DNA of 64,000 nucleotides, taken from IMG/VR virus record IMGVR_UViG_2839026242_000001, positions 1 to 64,000 of that record. The stretch is one strand, 5' to 3'. This DNA is from a virus (taxonomy: Duplodnaviria > Caudoviricetes). A program made the translations under genes and the position numbers. This document shows, piece after piece, positions 43,545 to 54,169 of the stretch. Each line of letters starts with the position of its first letter. The stretch's first letter is position 1. The notes under the pieces are model-generated. The model ran no database searches. It worked only from the letters and a program-made list of their open reading frames with translations, and had not been told where the DNA came from.

Positions 43545-44447
43545 TTATTTGTATTCTTTGTGTTTCTCAAATGTTTTGTTATGTGGACTCCATAAACTAT
43601 AATACTCGCACAATCCAGCCGTGTACCACGGGTTATCTTCGTTGTGTCCTGAAAACTCACACCACCAGCATAATGGTGATGCTTTTGGCTTCCATTCACC
43701 TGTGACTTTACACAGTTCTATTTCATCCAATACTTTATGCAACTTTTTAACTCCTCTATCTAGAAAACCACTTGTGCATGCATATTGTCTATCCCCTAAT
43801 AAAATTAAATCGTACATGTATTCTACTGGGACTTTTCCGAAAAGTGCTCTACATGCCAAAGCATATATGACCATTTGCAAGGGTGTCGCCAATTCTTTTT
43901 GATCAAACCTTTTATCTGATGATTTATAATCAACAACCGTTAATTCACCTTTTTTGTTTTGGTCAATTCGATCAATGAATCCCTCTAAAATAACTCGATC
44001 TTCAAATACAAATGAGAATGGAAATTCTACATGTATCGGCTGCCAATCATCATCATGGTCTTCTTCTAGATAATCAAAAAAGATACCCAATTTTTCTTCG
44101 TATGTTAGACCACTTTTATTGCCAGCTTCAAAAAAAGATTCTTCCCCATATATTCGTTTTAGCTGTGTAATGCCATTTAAAAATCTTCCCTTGTCTTTAT
44201 CTGTGTCTTCGGCAATCCCATATGTTATCACATCTTTTATGTATGTATAATTTTGTTTATTACCTTCAATGATGTTTCGATATTTAATTTCCAGACCCTT
44301 GTGCAGTATATTCCCCAACTCAAGATGTAATTTCGATTCTTCAGTATAATTGCCACTCACATACTTGAGAAAGTATTTCATTGGACATTGAATGAAAGTG
44401 TTTAATCTACTATAACTAAATTTATCTAATTCTGATCTTGTTAGCAT
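43545..44447 (-). CDS. PD-(D/E)XK exonuclease (AddB/Cas4-like, probable Fe-S)
   Basis: SYSRL..F..CP, G..LH, GFIDRID, VDYKS, Q...Y, C..C...C. Confidence 0.88.
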   Translation of the reverse strand: MLTRSELDKFSYSRLNTFIQCPMKYFLKYVSGNYTEESKLHLELGNILHKGLEIKYRNIIEGNKQNYTYIKDVITYGIAEDTDKDKGRFLNGITQLKRIYGEESFFEAGNKSGLTYEEKLGIFFDYLEEDHDDDWQPIHVEFPFSFVFEDRVILEGFIDRIDQNKKGELTVVDYKSSDKRFDQKELATPLQMVIYALACRALFGKVPVEYMYDLILLGDRQYACTSGFLDRGVKKLHKVLDEIELCKVTGEWKPKASPLCWWCEFSGHNEDNPWYTAGLCEYYSLWSPHNKTFEKHKEYK

Positions 44448-45459
44448 ACAACACCTCCCATTTATTTGGATCATCCATCGGACTTTCTTTGGGATTCAAT
44501 ATCTTCCCGCCTTTGTCATACACGCAATACAGCTCTTGTTGAGGCAAGAATTTTGCAAACTCTCCTCTATAAAAATTTTTGTCAACCTTCCCCTCTTTAT
44601 CAAGTTCAGCCCCTTGGTCATAAGCAATGACAATTGGCACATTTAGATGCGTTAATTTTTGGACTTGTGTTTTACTCAAAATATGTCCAGATATAGCGAC
44701 TGCGTTTTTTACTCCCATGCTCCACAGTTGAAGCACTCCCTTTTCGGATTCGCATACAATCACTTCATTCTTCTCTTTAATGTATGGCATCGTTTTATGC
44801 AGCCCATAAAGGATTTTAGACTTTGAACATGGGTGAATATAAAAATACTTGCTTTCATGTTCTTCGATAACTTCTTTGTACAATCTTCCTTTAACGCCGA
44901 CGAGAGAATTCAGTTCATCATAAATGGGAATTGTGATCATATGGAATGCCAAATCATATCCCAAATGGAATTCCCATTGCGTTTCGTAACTAATACCGTC
45001 TTTATAGAAAAGTGGATTAGCGTATCGACCAAAGTAATTTAAGATACTCTCATCTATCGGTTCAAGTGGCTTGTCTTCATCCTCTTGTAATTCTGATGAT
45101 GACTTCCACATATCCCGTACCCATTTGGCTAGTTTTGACTGTTCCTGTTGATTGCCATAATAATCAAATCCACAAAGGTCACATAGCCATTTCACGCTTT
45201 CGCTGAAATATGTTCCTCTAACAAAAGTAACAAGGGAGATAATATCAGAAACTCCATATTGATCCCTGATATTCCTTGTATGAGCATCAACATACAAGTT
45301 ATTTTTATATATTACTGTGCTTCTCTTATTGTCCCCATCCGGCATCCCACATGTAAAATAATCACTATGTTCTTTTATACTGTGCATGCCCAACTCTTCA
45401 AGTACCGTTCTAATCTTTTCTTCGAGAATGATTCGTTCTTTTAATTCTTGTGTATCCAT
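44422..45459 (-). CDS. DNA primase (YorJ-like)
   Basis: N-terminal Zn-binding-like region, IPIYD...VGVKGR, LYGL, TOPRIM ESEK and AYD. Confidence 0.88.
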   Translation of the reverse strand: MDTQELKERIILEEKIRTVLEELGMHSIKEHSDYFTCGMPDGDNKRSTVIYKNNLYVDAHTRNIRDQYGVSDIISLVTFVRGTYFSESVKWLCDLCGFDYYGNQQEQSKLAKWVRDMWKSSSELQEDEDKPLEPIDESILNYFGRYANPLFYKDGISYETQWEFHLGYDLAFHMITIPIYDELNSLVGVKGRLYKEVIEEHESKYFYIHPCSKSKILYGLHKTMPYIKEKNEVIVCESEKGVLQLWSMGVKNAVAISGHILSKTQVQKLTHLNVPIVIAYDQGAELDKEGKVDKNFYRGEFAKFLPQQELYCVYDKGGKILNPKESPMDDPNKWEVLYANKIRIR

Positions 45460-45472
45460 GTGGCATATTCAC

Positions 45473-46909
45473 CTACGCCCTTTTCTTTTTCTCTCTTGGT
45501 TTCCGAATCAGATAGCCAACCTCCTTCCAAATGTTTCTGTCGAGATCAACTTCTGTTACCAAAACCATTCCTTTCCCACCCCCACGGTTTTTATCAATTT
45601 TTTGACCGTAGTAAGTCTTATTTATATCAAGAGGAATTTCTCCCCATTGGTTTTTAATCATGTAATTGTCGTATTTGGACTTATCAATACGCTTTTCGAG
45701 GATAAGATGATCTACAACGTGTTTAAGTTGCTTTGCATTTGCAATATTCATTGAAGTAAGGTCTTCTACATCGGTAAGAACTGTTTCATCTGTTAATTGG
45801 ATAGTGGCATATGCGCCGATATTCAGTTCATTTGCAAGATCCTTAAGCTTTGTTGTCGTTTGCTTTACCGTTTCCCAGTTATCAGTTTTATAGCCCTTAA
45901 GTGTGTCATAAAAAACATATTGAACACCAAGGCCAAGAACATGTTTTTTAATCTCGCGTTCGAGATCATCATCGGAATACTGGTTTAGTTCCAAAAAGTA
46001 AATTTTGTGATTCTCTTCGACCCAACTTCCGATTGTCTCACATATGTATTCAAATTCTTCTTCGCTTTTATAATTGCCAAGTACTATGTCGTATTCTCTT
46101 ATGTCATAGTTAAATCCAAACTCGGCATTATTACAAATCGTTGATGCTTGCATGGCGTACCATTCATCTTCATCCTGTTCATTAACCAAGACAAGAACAG
46201 GTATCCTTTTTAGCACCCCCAAATAATTAACAATTTTAGCCATGCGCCTTGACTTACCTTCATTACTTAACATTCCATCAACAACAAGTTTCTTTTTTCT
46301 AAATCCCCGAAATAACTCAGTCCAAATAGGAAAGGGAAACTCAACACCCATATCAGGTGCTTCACGCCATTTAGCTAATTTCTTTTTAAAATCCTTACCC
46401 AATAGCGATGCAGATTTGCCTCCACCAATCACAGTATTGATATTGTCAACGTTATAACGCATAAATCTGACAATATCCTCTGCTTTCATTTTGGGGAATG
46501 CTTTATGCTGCATTAACTTTTCAACTGGGAACCCCTTTCTGTGAAACTCTCGTAGAAGCGAATACTTTTTAATAGTGTCGAAGTAATTCTTAATGTCATC
46601 TGGGTCAGCCAGTTCAATCTGTTTCTCGATTGTTTTCCAGCCGCCAATTTTCCTGTACTGCTTGTTCCTGTCAGGATCTTGGTTCATAAAAATATTTACT
46701 TTCGTTTCACTTATTTCTTGGGAGAATGTTTTGTAATATAGTTCAAATGAATCGTAAAGAAACTTGGTATCTGGATCTTCAAAGTCATACTTTGATTTTA
46801 TGAGTTCTGCATAATCGACATATAAAATTGGCCTTGCATACAGACTGCCAACAAACAAAGCTTCACTCGTCAAGTCATACATGTCTTTTGGATTGCTAAT
46901 AGTAGCCAC
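45473..46909 (-). CDS. Replicative DnaB-family helicase (YorI-like)
   Basis: Walker A-like SNEGKSR, FYDTLK, IQL, KNRGG. Confidence 0.85.
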   Translation of the reverse strand: MATISNPKDMYDLTSEALFVGSLYARPILYVDYAELIKSKYDFEDPDTKFLYDSFELYYKTFSQEISETKVNIFMNQDPDRNKQYRKIGGWKTIEKQIELADPDDIKNYFDTIKKYSLLREFHRKGFPVEKLMQHKAFPKMKAEDIVRFMRYNVDNINTVIGGGKSASLLGKDFKKKLAKWREAPDMGVEFPFPIWTELFRGFRKKKLVVDGMLSNEGKSRRMAKIVNYLGVLKRIPVLVLVNEQDEDEWYAMQASTICNNAEFGFNYDIREYDIVLGNYKSEEEFEYICETIGSWVEENHKIYFLELNQYSDDDLEREIKKHVLGLGVQYVFYDTLKGYKTDNWETVKQTTTKLKDLANELNIGAYATIQLTDETVLTDVEDLTSMNIANAKQLKHVVDHLILEKRIDKSKYDNYMIKNQWGEIPLDINKTYYGQKIDKNRGGGKGMVLVTEVDLDRNIWKEVGYLIRKPREKKKRA

Positions 46910-46912
46910 CTC

Positions 46913-47569
46913 CTACAAGAGTAGTTCGTCCATGATGTCAGTTATACTAAAATTTTCATGCTTATTATCTTGATTATTTTTATGTATACGTTCAATTATC
47001 TTCCGATCTTCAATTCTTTGTTCAATTTCTTTGGTTTCAGAATCACTCATCATCTGCTTAGCTTTAAACCGTTTATATTCGCCTAGATTGCCAATTACTA
47101 CAGCCAAGTCATAATTCATGCGGTTGCTTACAGACATTTGTTTTTTTAATGCTAATTTATCAAGATAATTTGCCATATGCTGATAAATGTCTAATAGGGT
47201 GGCATAATCAACGGGTTCCTTAACTAACTTATGCTCCCCTGTTCTTACTGAATTAACTTTCATATAAAAGTAAGATGGTAAATCAGAATCATAATATTCC
47301 ATTAACCATTTAAAAAAACGATCTCTCTCGACTTTCTCTTGCATTTCTTGCTCCCTAGCAGCCAGTCGTTCAGAAACCATTCGTTCTACTTCTTCATTTG
47401 TCATACCCTTGCGAAGCTTTAAATGCAATCTATAACACTCTGTATGGTAATATTTTTTAGTAGATGGATCTCTAATGTAATCATCTACATCAGTATCGAT
47501 TGATTTTACTTGTTTTTGCCCCTTTTTGACTGTAGGGTCACAGTAATTACATTTTAACTTCATTTCCAC
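46913..47569 (-). CDS. YorH-like replication protein
   Basis: CxxC...YH..C; position between the AAA ATPase and the helicase, as in SPbeta. Confidence 0.6.
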   Translation of the reverse strand: MEMKLKCNYCDPTVKKGQKQVKSIDTDVDDYIRDPSTKKYYHTECYRLHLKLRKGMTNEEVERMVSERLAAREQEMQEKVERDRFFKWLMEYYDSDLPSYFYMKVNSVRTGEHKLVKEPVDYATLLDIYQHMANYLDKLALKKQMSVSNRMNYDLAVVIGNLGEYKRFKAKQMMSDSETKEIEQRIEDRKIIERIHKNNQDNKHENFSITDIMDELLL

Positions 47570-47622
47570 ACCTCTCTATGAAAGTAATAGGGGAGAAAAA
47601 ATTCCCCCCTATTCGGTTGTGT

Positions 47623-48768
47623 TTATTCGGTTACTACTTCATAGAACTTTTGCAACATACTAATGTCATCAATTTTGTTGTAATCCATTGGTAGTCCAGC
47701 CTTTTTGACTTTTGGAACTAGCGCCTTCTTCTTTGCATCTGACAGACTCTTGATACGCTTGTCAATTACTGCTCGATATTCATCCACTGTTTCAGGCAGC
47801 TTCTCCTCTTCTGCTTGTGTAGGCGATTCCTCTACCTTGCTAAAGCCTTTAGCAATTACATCTTCGTCCTTTTCAACGCTCGATTCGAGCGATTCCTTTA
47901 CAACAACTGACTTCTTTCCTCGATTGCTTTCAATTACTGACTGCCAGTACAAAGGAGTTGGATTTTCAATAATTTCATTTTGCTCAAAAACTCGTGTCCG
48001 ATCTTTTCTCATGATTTGAGCTTTGATCGTGCCATCCTCGTCTTCAAAGTTGCGGAGTACAGTATAGAATTCATATTCAGCACCCTCCCATGTGTCGGGC
48101 ACTTTTCCTACCTCCACCAATTCCATTTTGTCTCCAACTTTTTGCATTACTTTTTTAGTCTTTTCGCGTGAAGTCACTACAACATATTTATCAGTACCTG
48201 TAATCAGGCTACGCAAAAGATTTTTACCCTTCATTTTTATCTTGTCATGATCTTTAAACTCAAGTCCTGCCGTTGCTTCTGCAACAAATTGTTCAGTTGC
48301 ATTCTTTTCTTGTGCCTTGGCCTTGAGTCGTGCACGTTTTTCAGATACCCCAATTGCAGCAAATTTTACGTTATCACTAATAACTGTGATACCATCGACC
48401 ACAATTACATCTGCTCTGAACGGATTACCTTCTGCATCCAGTGCAAGTACTTCATTACCGTCCTCGTCTTCAATGTAGAGGTCTTCGTCATTCATGGCTT
48501 TTGTTGCCCACTCTTCAACCTCAGAGTACGAAGTTGTGTACACCAAGAGGATGTTATTCAAATCAATACCTTCATTTTCAAGATCCTCAAGGTAGTTATC
48601 AACACTACCTGTTTCGCAGTCTATGTATAAAACTCGCAATGGTTTGCCTTCTTCGGATTTCATTTTCGCCATTCCTAGTGCAAATGAAGACTTCCAAGTT
48701 CCTTGTTCCCCATAGACGAAAAATTTAAGACCCTTTTTAACTACGCTACCTCGTTTTGCTTTAGCCAA
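47623..48768 (-). CDS. AAA_24 ATPase (Sak4/YorG-like recombinase)
   Basis: YGEQGTWKS, IDCETG, VVDGIT, KDRT. Confidence 0.85.
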   Translation of the reverse strand: MAKAKRGSVVKKGLKFFVYGEQGTWKSSFALGMAKMKSEEGKPLRVLYIDCETGSVDNYLEDLENEGIDLNNILLVYTTSYSEVEEWATKAMNDEDLYIEDEDGNEVLALDAEGNPFRADVIVVDGITVISDNVKFAAIGVSEKRARLKAKAQEKNATEQFVAEATAGLEFKDHDKIKMKGKNLLRSLITGTDKYVVVTSREKTKKVMQKVGDKMELVEVGKVPDTWEGAEYEFYTVLRNFEDEDGTIKAQIMRKDRTRVFEQNEIIENPTPLYWQSVIESNRGKKSVVVKESLESSVEKDEDVIAKGFSKVEESPTQAEEEKLPETVDEYRAVIDKRIKSLSDAKKKALVPKVKKAGLPMDYNKIDDISMLQKFYEVVTE

Positions 48769-48803
48769 AATATTCCCTCCATATATTTATTATATTTATT
48801 TAA

Positions 48804-49841
48804 TTACCACGGCAAGTCGTCATCATCAGAGCTTGAAGAGTCATTCTCGCGTTTAGAACCCCAAGAACCGCCAGCACTATCGTTAGACTCACCAAATTCT
48901 TTATATACACGCAGAGCTTCTTCAATGATTTCTTCGCTGTATGTTTCCTTATCAATTGATTCTGGATCTGCACCAGTAATAACAAGTTCTCGAATATAAT
49001 TATTTTTCACTTGCTTGAAAGAGTCTTGTTGTCCCCATACAGACTTTGCTGCCTCTTGCACTTCTTCAGAATCAATCTTATTGTAAATATTGCCCCATAC
49101 ATCAATTGCCGTGTATGGCTTCAATTCTTTGCGGAAGATATTTGCCAAACTTGCATCACGAATGATAAATTCGGTATCCTCTACAGTTTTGAAGGTAACA
49201 ATCTTCGCTGATACTTCAAAACGTGGATCGTTTTTATCATCAATTTTTTGAATGCCCATATAAATAATGCGTTGTTTAAAGTCATTCAGCTCTTTAAAGT
49301 CTTCTGCATCAAAATCAACGCTGTCAGCCAAATAAAGTTGCTTTACATTAAATCGTTTTGTACGTTTGACTCCATCGTTTACTTTTTGCGACGAAAACTC
49401 AAGCTCGCCACGGACAAATACTCCCTGTCCATCTTCAAGACGATCATATACATGACCTGCTGCATCATATTCAACAAGCGTCTTAACAATGTTCTTGCCA
49501 TCATCATCTTTCTCAACACCAATTTTCAATCCAATTGGGTTGAAGCCTTCTGGTTGTGCATCAAAACGTTTTTTCCAAGGAACTTTGATTGTCTCACCCT
49601 TTTGCCTTTTAACTTCAGATTTTTTGCTAAAGTAAACTTCATCTCGCTCCATGCCCTGAATTGTTACATAAACTGTTGACTCCGGTGCAGTTTCTACTCC
49701 GAAATTTAAAATGCGCATATCTTTCTTGCTTTTTGTCTCAATCGATTTGAATGCATTGTCACGCTTCATTCCAGTAACAAGACCACGAAGCTTAAATTCA
49801 CCTTTTGTTTGAGGTAAGCCAAGACCTTTATTCTCTGCCAT
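48804..49841 (-). CDS. Single-stranded DNA-binding protein (YorF-like)
   Basis: Two OB-like halves and an acidic tail DDDDLPW. Confidence 0.78.
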   Translation of the reverse strand: MAENKGLGLPQTKGEFKLRGLVTGMKRDNAFKSIETKSKKDMRILNFGVETAPESTVYVTIQGMERDEVYFSKKSEVKRQKGETIKVPWKKRFDAQPEGFNPIGLKIGVEKDDDGKNIVKTLVEYDAAGHVYDRLEDGQGVFVRGELEFSSQKVNDGVKRTKRFNVKQLYLADSVDFDAEDFKELNDFKQRIIYMGIQKIDDKNDPRFEVSAKIVTFKTVEDTEFIIRDASLANIFRKELKPYTAIDVWGNIYNKIDSEEVQEAAKSVWGQQDSFKQVKNNYIRELVITGADPESIDKETYSEEIIEEALRVYKEFGESNDSAGGSWGSKRENDSSSSDDDDLPW

Positions 49842-49891
49842 TATGTATATATCCTCCCTTTATTTTATACAAGTTATTTTTATTCTTATGT

Positions 49892-49933
49892 CTACTCATA
49901 ACTTGTACAGGGTGGTGATCTCATTGCTGTCAT
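49892..49933 (-). CDS. Putative 13-aa leader peptide MTAMRSPPCTSYE
   Basis: GAGGTG RBS at 49939-49944, just downstream of a TAGACA-17-TATAGT promoter. Confidence 0.5.
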   Translation of the reverse strand: MTAMRSPPCTSYE

Positions 49934-49958
49934 TTATTCACCTCGCTCTCACATTCTT

Positions 49959-50010
49959 ACTATAGCATGGTTATCTGTTGTTGTCTACAATAAATTTTTA
50001 GTTATTATTT
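49959..50010 (-). promoter_or_regulatory. SigA promoter of the replication operon
   Basis: TAGACA-17-(TGc)TATAGT with an upstream AATAACTAAAAAT box. Confidence 0.7.
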
Positions 50011-50571
50011 TTTTTAAAATGAAACTTATATTGGAATTCATCCTTAAACATTAAACTCACCTCCATTAATCAGATTAGCTTTACAGCAGCGAGAACGGTA
50101 TTTATTGCTTTCATCAAGCCATTTATCATGAATTCCCTTATACAACGTAGAACCAGTCTGTTTTCCACAACTTCCACATAATACAATATAACGCTTTTTA
50201 CTTTTTGATCGTTGTCTCTTTGAGAATTTGGCTACATAAGATTTTAGTTCATTTAATTCTTCTCTGGCTTCTTTTCTCTCAAGTGGATCATCGCTAGTAA
50301 GTAATTCGTTTAAACGATGTCCTCCTTCATTAAAACAACTAATTATGTATTTGGCTTCCTCTACCGCAAATTCTTTTGTAATATCTTCATAAGATTCAAA
50401 TAATCCATCGGCAAGTGCATTTTCGAATACAGCGTACAATTCATTAGGTACGTTTGTTAACCATTCAGGTATTTGCTTTCTCATTTGAAACATCTCCTCG
50501 CCCATACTTAGTTACCTATATTTTATCAAGAGCGGAGAAGTTGGTCAATATATGTATTATTTATTTTTATT

Positions 50572-52023
50572 TTATATGTAATTAATCAAATTTTTAAATA
50601 CTGCTGTTATTTTATTCGTTGTTACCGCATTTCCAGCCATTTTATATAGTTGCGAATTGCTGATTCCTGCTTCAACTAACTTGTGATAATATTCATCAGG
50701 GAATCCCTGTAACCTAAAACATTCTAATGGGGTCAATTTGCGAATTCGATATTTTGGTTTTTCTAAAATCATACTATCCTTTGATACTGAAGTGATAGTA
50801 TTACTTACTGCATCACTTCTGATTTCTAACTGTTGCTCTTGTCCTTTATAGCTTCTGGTTCTAAAACTGCAGCTAAGATAATCATTGTCTTCTACAATAA
50901 TTTTGGGTTCTCGATTGCCACCTTCCATTGTTGTGATTGTCGGTGAAATTCCTTCTGGATCGTAAACCCTCCTTATGCATTCATTTCCTTTAATATCAAG
51001 AAGTCCCACCATAGCCAATTCTGGTTCTTTTACTAAATAAACTCCTCCACCACTACCACCAAGACCACCTGTTTGACTAGCAACGGTAGCTGAGATTCCA
51101 TTTGTGTCATAAACTCTATTACCCTGAGCGTTTTTATCTATGTATCCCACTTGTTGCAAATCAATTTCTACTACCTTTCGAGGTTCTTTATAATCTCTAC
51201 TTTGTAAAGTTGGACACATGTCACTATAAATCCGTAGACCGTCCATTCCTTTTGCCATTGGATCAATTATGCTTCTATCGGTTAGACTTTCTTGTTGCTT
51301 GCTTGTTAATTGTTCTAGAAGATTTCTTGTTTTTTCCTCACTTATGTAATACTTCTCATCAACATTATCCTCCAATATGTCTTTTATAATTTTATTTACT
51401 TTGTTCTGCTCAGGAAATTTAAAATTAAATGTTTTAATTCCATCTGCGTTTTTCAATTTTTTCTTCGCTTTTGCTACAATATCATTACCACTAATAATCC
51501 ATTCTTCAGCTTCAATATCTCTGAGTGCTACAATAATTATTCGCTCTCGATTTTGTGGAACGTCAAAATGTTTACTATTTATTACCTGAAAATCTACTAC
51601 ATATCCAATATCGCTTAATGTTAATAAGATTGTCTCAAGTGTACTTCCTTTATTGTGATTCACAAGACCTTTTACATTTTCTAAGATCAAAGCCTTTGGC
51701 TTCTTCTTACTTGCAATTCGCACAATCTCGAAGAATAGTGTCCCTCTTGTGTCTTCAAATCCTAGTCGTTTCCCAGCTACACTAAATGCCTGACAAGGGA
51801 ATCCTCCAACTAATACATCATGATCTGGTATATGTTCTGCTGAAATTTTTGTAATATCTCCATGAGGCTTAAATCCGTAAATTATTTCATATGCTTTGGT
51901 AGCGTATTTGTCAATTTCGCTTGCGAATACTACTTCAACATTTTCTCTACCAATTGCATTAAAAATACCTGTTTCAAACCCACCAATTCCACTAAACAAA
52001 GAACACACTTTAATTTTACTCAA
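50572..52023 (-). CDS. Multispecific C5-cytosine DNA methyltransferase (MtbP/M.SPR/M.phi3TI family)
   Basis: FSGIGG, GFPCQAFS, ENVKGL, QNRER, RKLTPLEC.RLQGFPD, GNAV; long variable region with tandem TRD-like units. Confidence 0.93.
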   Translation of the reverse strand: MSKIKVCSLFSGIGGFETGIFNAIGRENVEVVFASEIDKYATKAYEIIYGFKPHGDITKISAEHIPDHDVLVGGFPCQAFSVAGKRLGFEDTRGTLFFEIVRIASKKKPKALILENVKGLVNHNKGSTLETILLTLSDIGYVVDFQVINSKHFDVPQNRERIIIVALRDIEAEEWIISGNDIVAKAKKKLKNADGIKTFNFKFPEQNKVNKIIKDILEDNVDEKYYISEEKTRNLLEQLTSKQQESLTDRSIIDPMAKGMDGLRIYSDMCPTLQSRDYKEPRKVVEIDLQQVGYIDKNAQGNRVYDTNGISATVASQTGGLGGSGGGVYLVKEPELAMVGLLDIKGNECIRRVYDPEGISPTITTMEGGNREPKIIVEDNDYLSCSFRTRSYKGQEQQLEIRSDAVSNTITSVSKDSMILEKPKYRIRKLTPLECFRLQGFPDEYYHKLVEAGISNSQLYKMAGNAVTTNKITAVFKNLINYI

Positions 52024-52071
52024 TTAATCAACCTCCTAATTTTTATTTTTTAATTTCAATCAAACGATCTT

Positions 52072-52713
52072 TTATAGAGTTTTATTCCCCAGTATAGATT
52101 CCTTACAATGCTCTATAATCTTTTTTAATTCTTCAAATGTAATATTTTGATTCATATATGCATCTCTTAATGGGTATTTATAAAAATTCAATCTAAACCC
52201 CGTTGGCTTATACCAAAAATTCGGTTGTATCAATCGGCAATTGTCTTTATGTCCTTTGTTTTTAGCCCATTCATCATACCTCTTATGTACACCACAATCG
52301 CAATGGAAAGCGCAGCCATTCCATCCATGTTCCCAGCCATTTACTTTTGCCCAATTATCTACTAAAGTTATGTATTTTTTGCTCAACCATTCAATACCTT
52401 TTTGTTTAAGTTCATTTTCATACTTTTTAATTCTATTAGAAAAGCAACCATCTGTATGCTGATTTTCTTCCCACCACTCATAATTCATATCATCAAACCC
52501 ACAAGTACAATCTGCATCCCAGTCATATGGATTTACCAAGAATACATCATTTTCGAATCCACCACGACTAGTTTGATATTGGTCTTCTTTGTCATAATAA
52601 CCTCGTCCATCAAGACCACAATCATAAAGGAATTGACAGAAATCATCTTGCCATGCTCGATCTACTGGATGCTCTCCTCTTGAGTTGCCGAAAATCATGT
52701 TACCTAGTTCCAT
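52072..52713 (-). CDS. Hypothetical Cys/His-rich phage protein
   Basis: Repeated CxCG...H...C motifs. Confidence 0.65.
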   Translation of the reverse strand: MELGNMIFGNSRGEHPVDRAWQDDFCQFLYDCGLDGRGYYDKEDQYQTSRGGFENDVFLVNPYDWDADCTCGFDDMNYEWWEENQHTDGCFSNRIKKYENELKQKGIEWLSKKYITLVDNWAKVNGWEHGWNGCAFHCDCGVHKRYDEWAKNKGHKDNCRLIQPNFWYKPTGFRLNFYKYPLRDAYMNQNITFEELKKIIEHCKESILGNKTL

Positions 52714-53420
52714 TTAATCACCTCTTGTCGTCTTTTTCTTTCTCTTCTTTTTTATAAATTTAAGACAATCATATCTCATCCATTGATAGATTCTAAAATA
52801 GCGCTCATATGTATATTTTGGATTATTTTTATTATACCAATCGTTTAATGTTCTTGTATTTTTCTCTGAGTTACAACTCCGACAGCTTGGCACGCAATTT
52901 TTTAAATCATTTCGCCCATCGTGTATGACATGTTCTTTATGAAGATCCTGACCCTCTGCTATCTTATGTTCTTCATATGTCATTCCACAATATGCACACG
53001 CATTATCAAAGTAATTTTTACATGCAATCCATTCTTTCGGAGTAATATCATGATTCTTTTCCTTTCGTTTCTCGTTATATTCTTTAACTTTGCCAGGATT
53101 ATTTTTTCTATAATCACATGTGTAATTTTTTAAGTAATCGGCATGTTCTCTGTTCCACTGTCTATGTCGTTCTCGTTCTCTTTCGAGATTATCGTAATAC
53201 CACTTTTTCTGTCCTCGCTTGTATTTCTCATGATCTCTTAACGCTCTTTCTCGCGCTGCACGAATAAGTTTCTCTCGATTTTCTTCATAATACTGCTTAT
53301 TTCTTTTCCTAATACAATTTCTACAAATGTAGCTCCAACCAGTTTTATTCTTTTCTGGTCTAAAATACTCATTTGTTAATGGGTATAATACTTTGCAGTC
53401 TTTGCAAATCCTATCCCCAA
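52714..53420 (-). pseudogene. HNH endonuclease, frameshifted in a G4 run right after the TTG start
   Basis: The frame is open from ~53421 (DRICKDCK...NEYF...CRNC...CAYCG...EHV...N..PSCRSCNSEK). The RBS-linked TTG at 53420 is one base out of frame. Confidence 0.78.
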
Positions 53421-53452
53421 GATATCACCTCCTATTTCCAATGAAATAGATT

Positions 53453-54169
53453 TTATATTGTAAATTTATCTAACCATTCCTTTATTTTTACAAACCTTTC
53501 TTGAGTGTATTTTGGATTTTCAGTTGTGAACCACACATCCCAATCTTTATTCCGTTTACTTGAATTGCAACTCTTACAAGCCAATATACAATTTTCAATT
53601 CCATTGCTTCCATCATTTATTGCATGATCCTTATGTAATTTATGTCCATACTTCTCGACAGATTCTTCCTCAGTGATTCCACAGTACATACAACTGCTAT
53701 TACAATATGCATATAATTCATTTAATTCTTCATCAGAAATGTCATGCTTCTTATGAAGTTCTCTTTCAATCCTATACTCTTTTAATTTTTCTCGATTATT
53801 TTGCCTCCAATCTTTTGTTAACTGCTTTATTCTTTCAGGATTATTATTAACCCACCTGTTGAATTTATCTTTATAGTACTGAACTTTATTTCTATAATTT
53901 TCTTTTGCATAAGCTTTTATTGCTTCTGGATTTTCATTTTGACGTATAATACTTTTAATTATTGCACATTGCTTACAACTAGGATGTAACCCATCAATTG
54001 AATTTGATTTATTTCTATAGAAATATTCATCTGTTGATGGAAACCAGTCACCACATTTATTGCACAGTTTATAATCTATTCCATTTAATGACTTGTGCGT
54101 TTCTTTATACTTCTTCAACTTCCGTTCAAGTTTTCGCCTGTCTTTTTCTTCTGGTGTTAATTTCGCCAT
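53453..54169 (-). CDS. HNH endonuclease with N-terminal Zn finger
   Basis: CNKC...EYFY...CKQC; CMYCG...DH...N...ACKSCNSSK. Confidence 0.88.
   Translation of the reverse strand: MAKLTPEEKDRRKLERKLKKYKETHKSLNGIDYKLCNKCGDWFPSTDEYFYRNKSNSIDGLHPSCKQCAIIKSIIRQNENPEAIKAYAKENYRNKVQYYKDKFNRWVNNNPERIKQLTKDWRQNNREKLKEYRIERELHKKHDISDEELNELYAYCNSSCMYCGITEEESVEKYGHKLHKDHAINDGSNGIENCILACKSCNSSKRNKDWDVWFTTENPKYTQERFVKIKEWLDKFTI

Noticed and set aside
43545-44447. Cas4 / CRISPR locus
   Set aside because: No repeat-spacer array or other cas genes; the gene sits in the replication operon.
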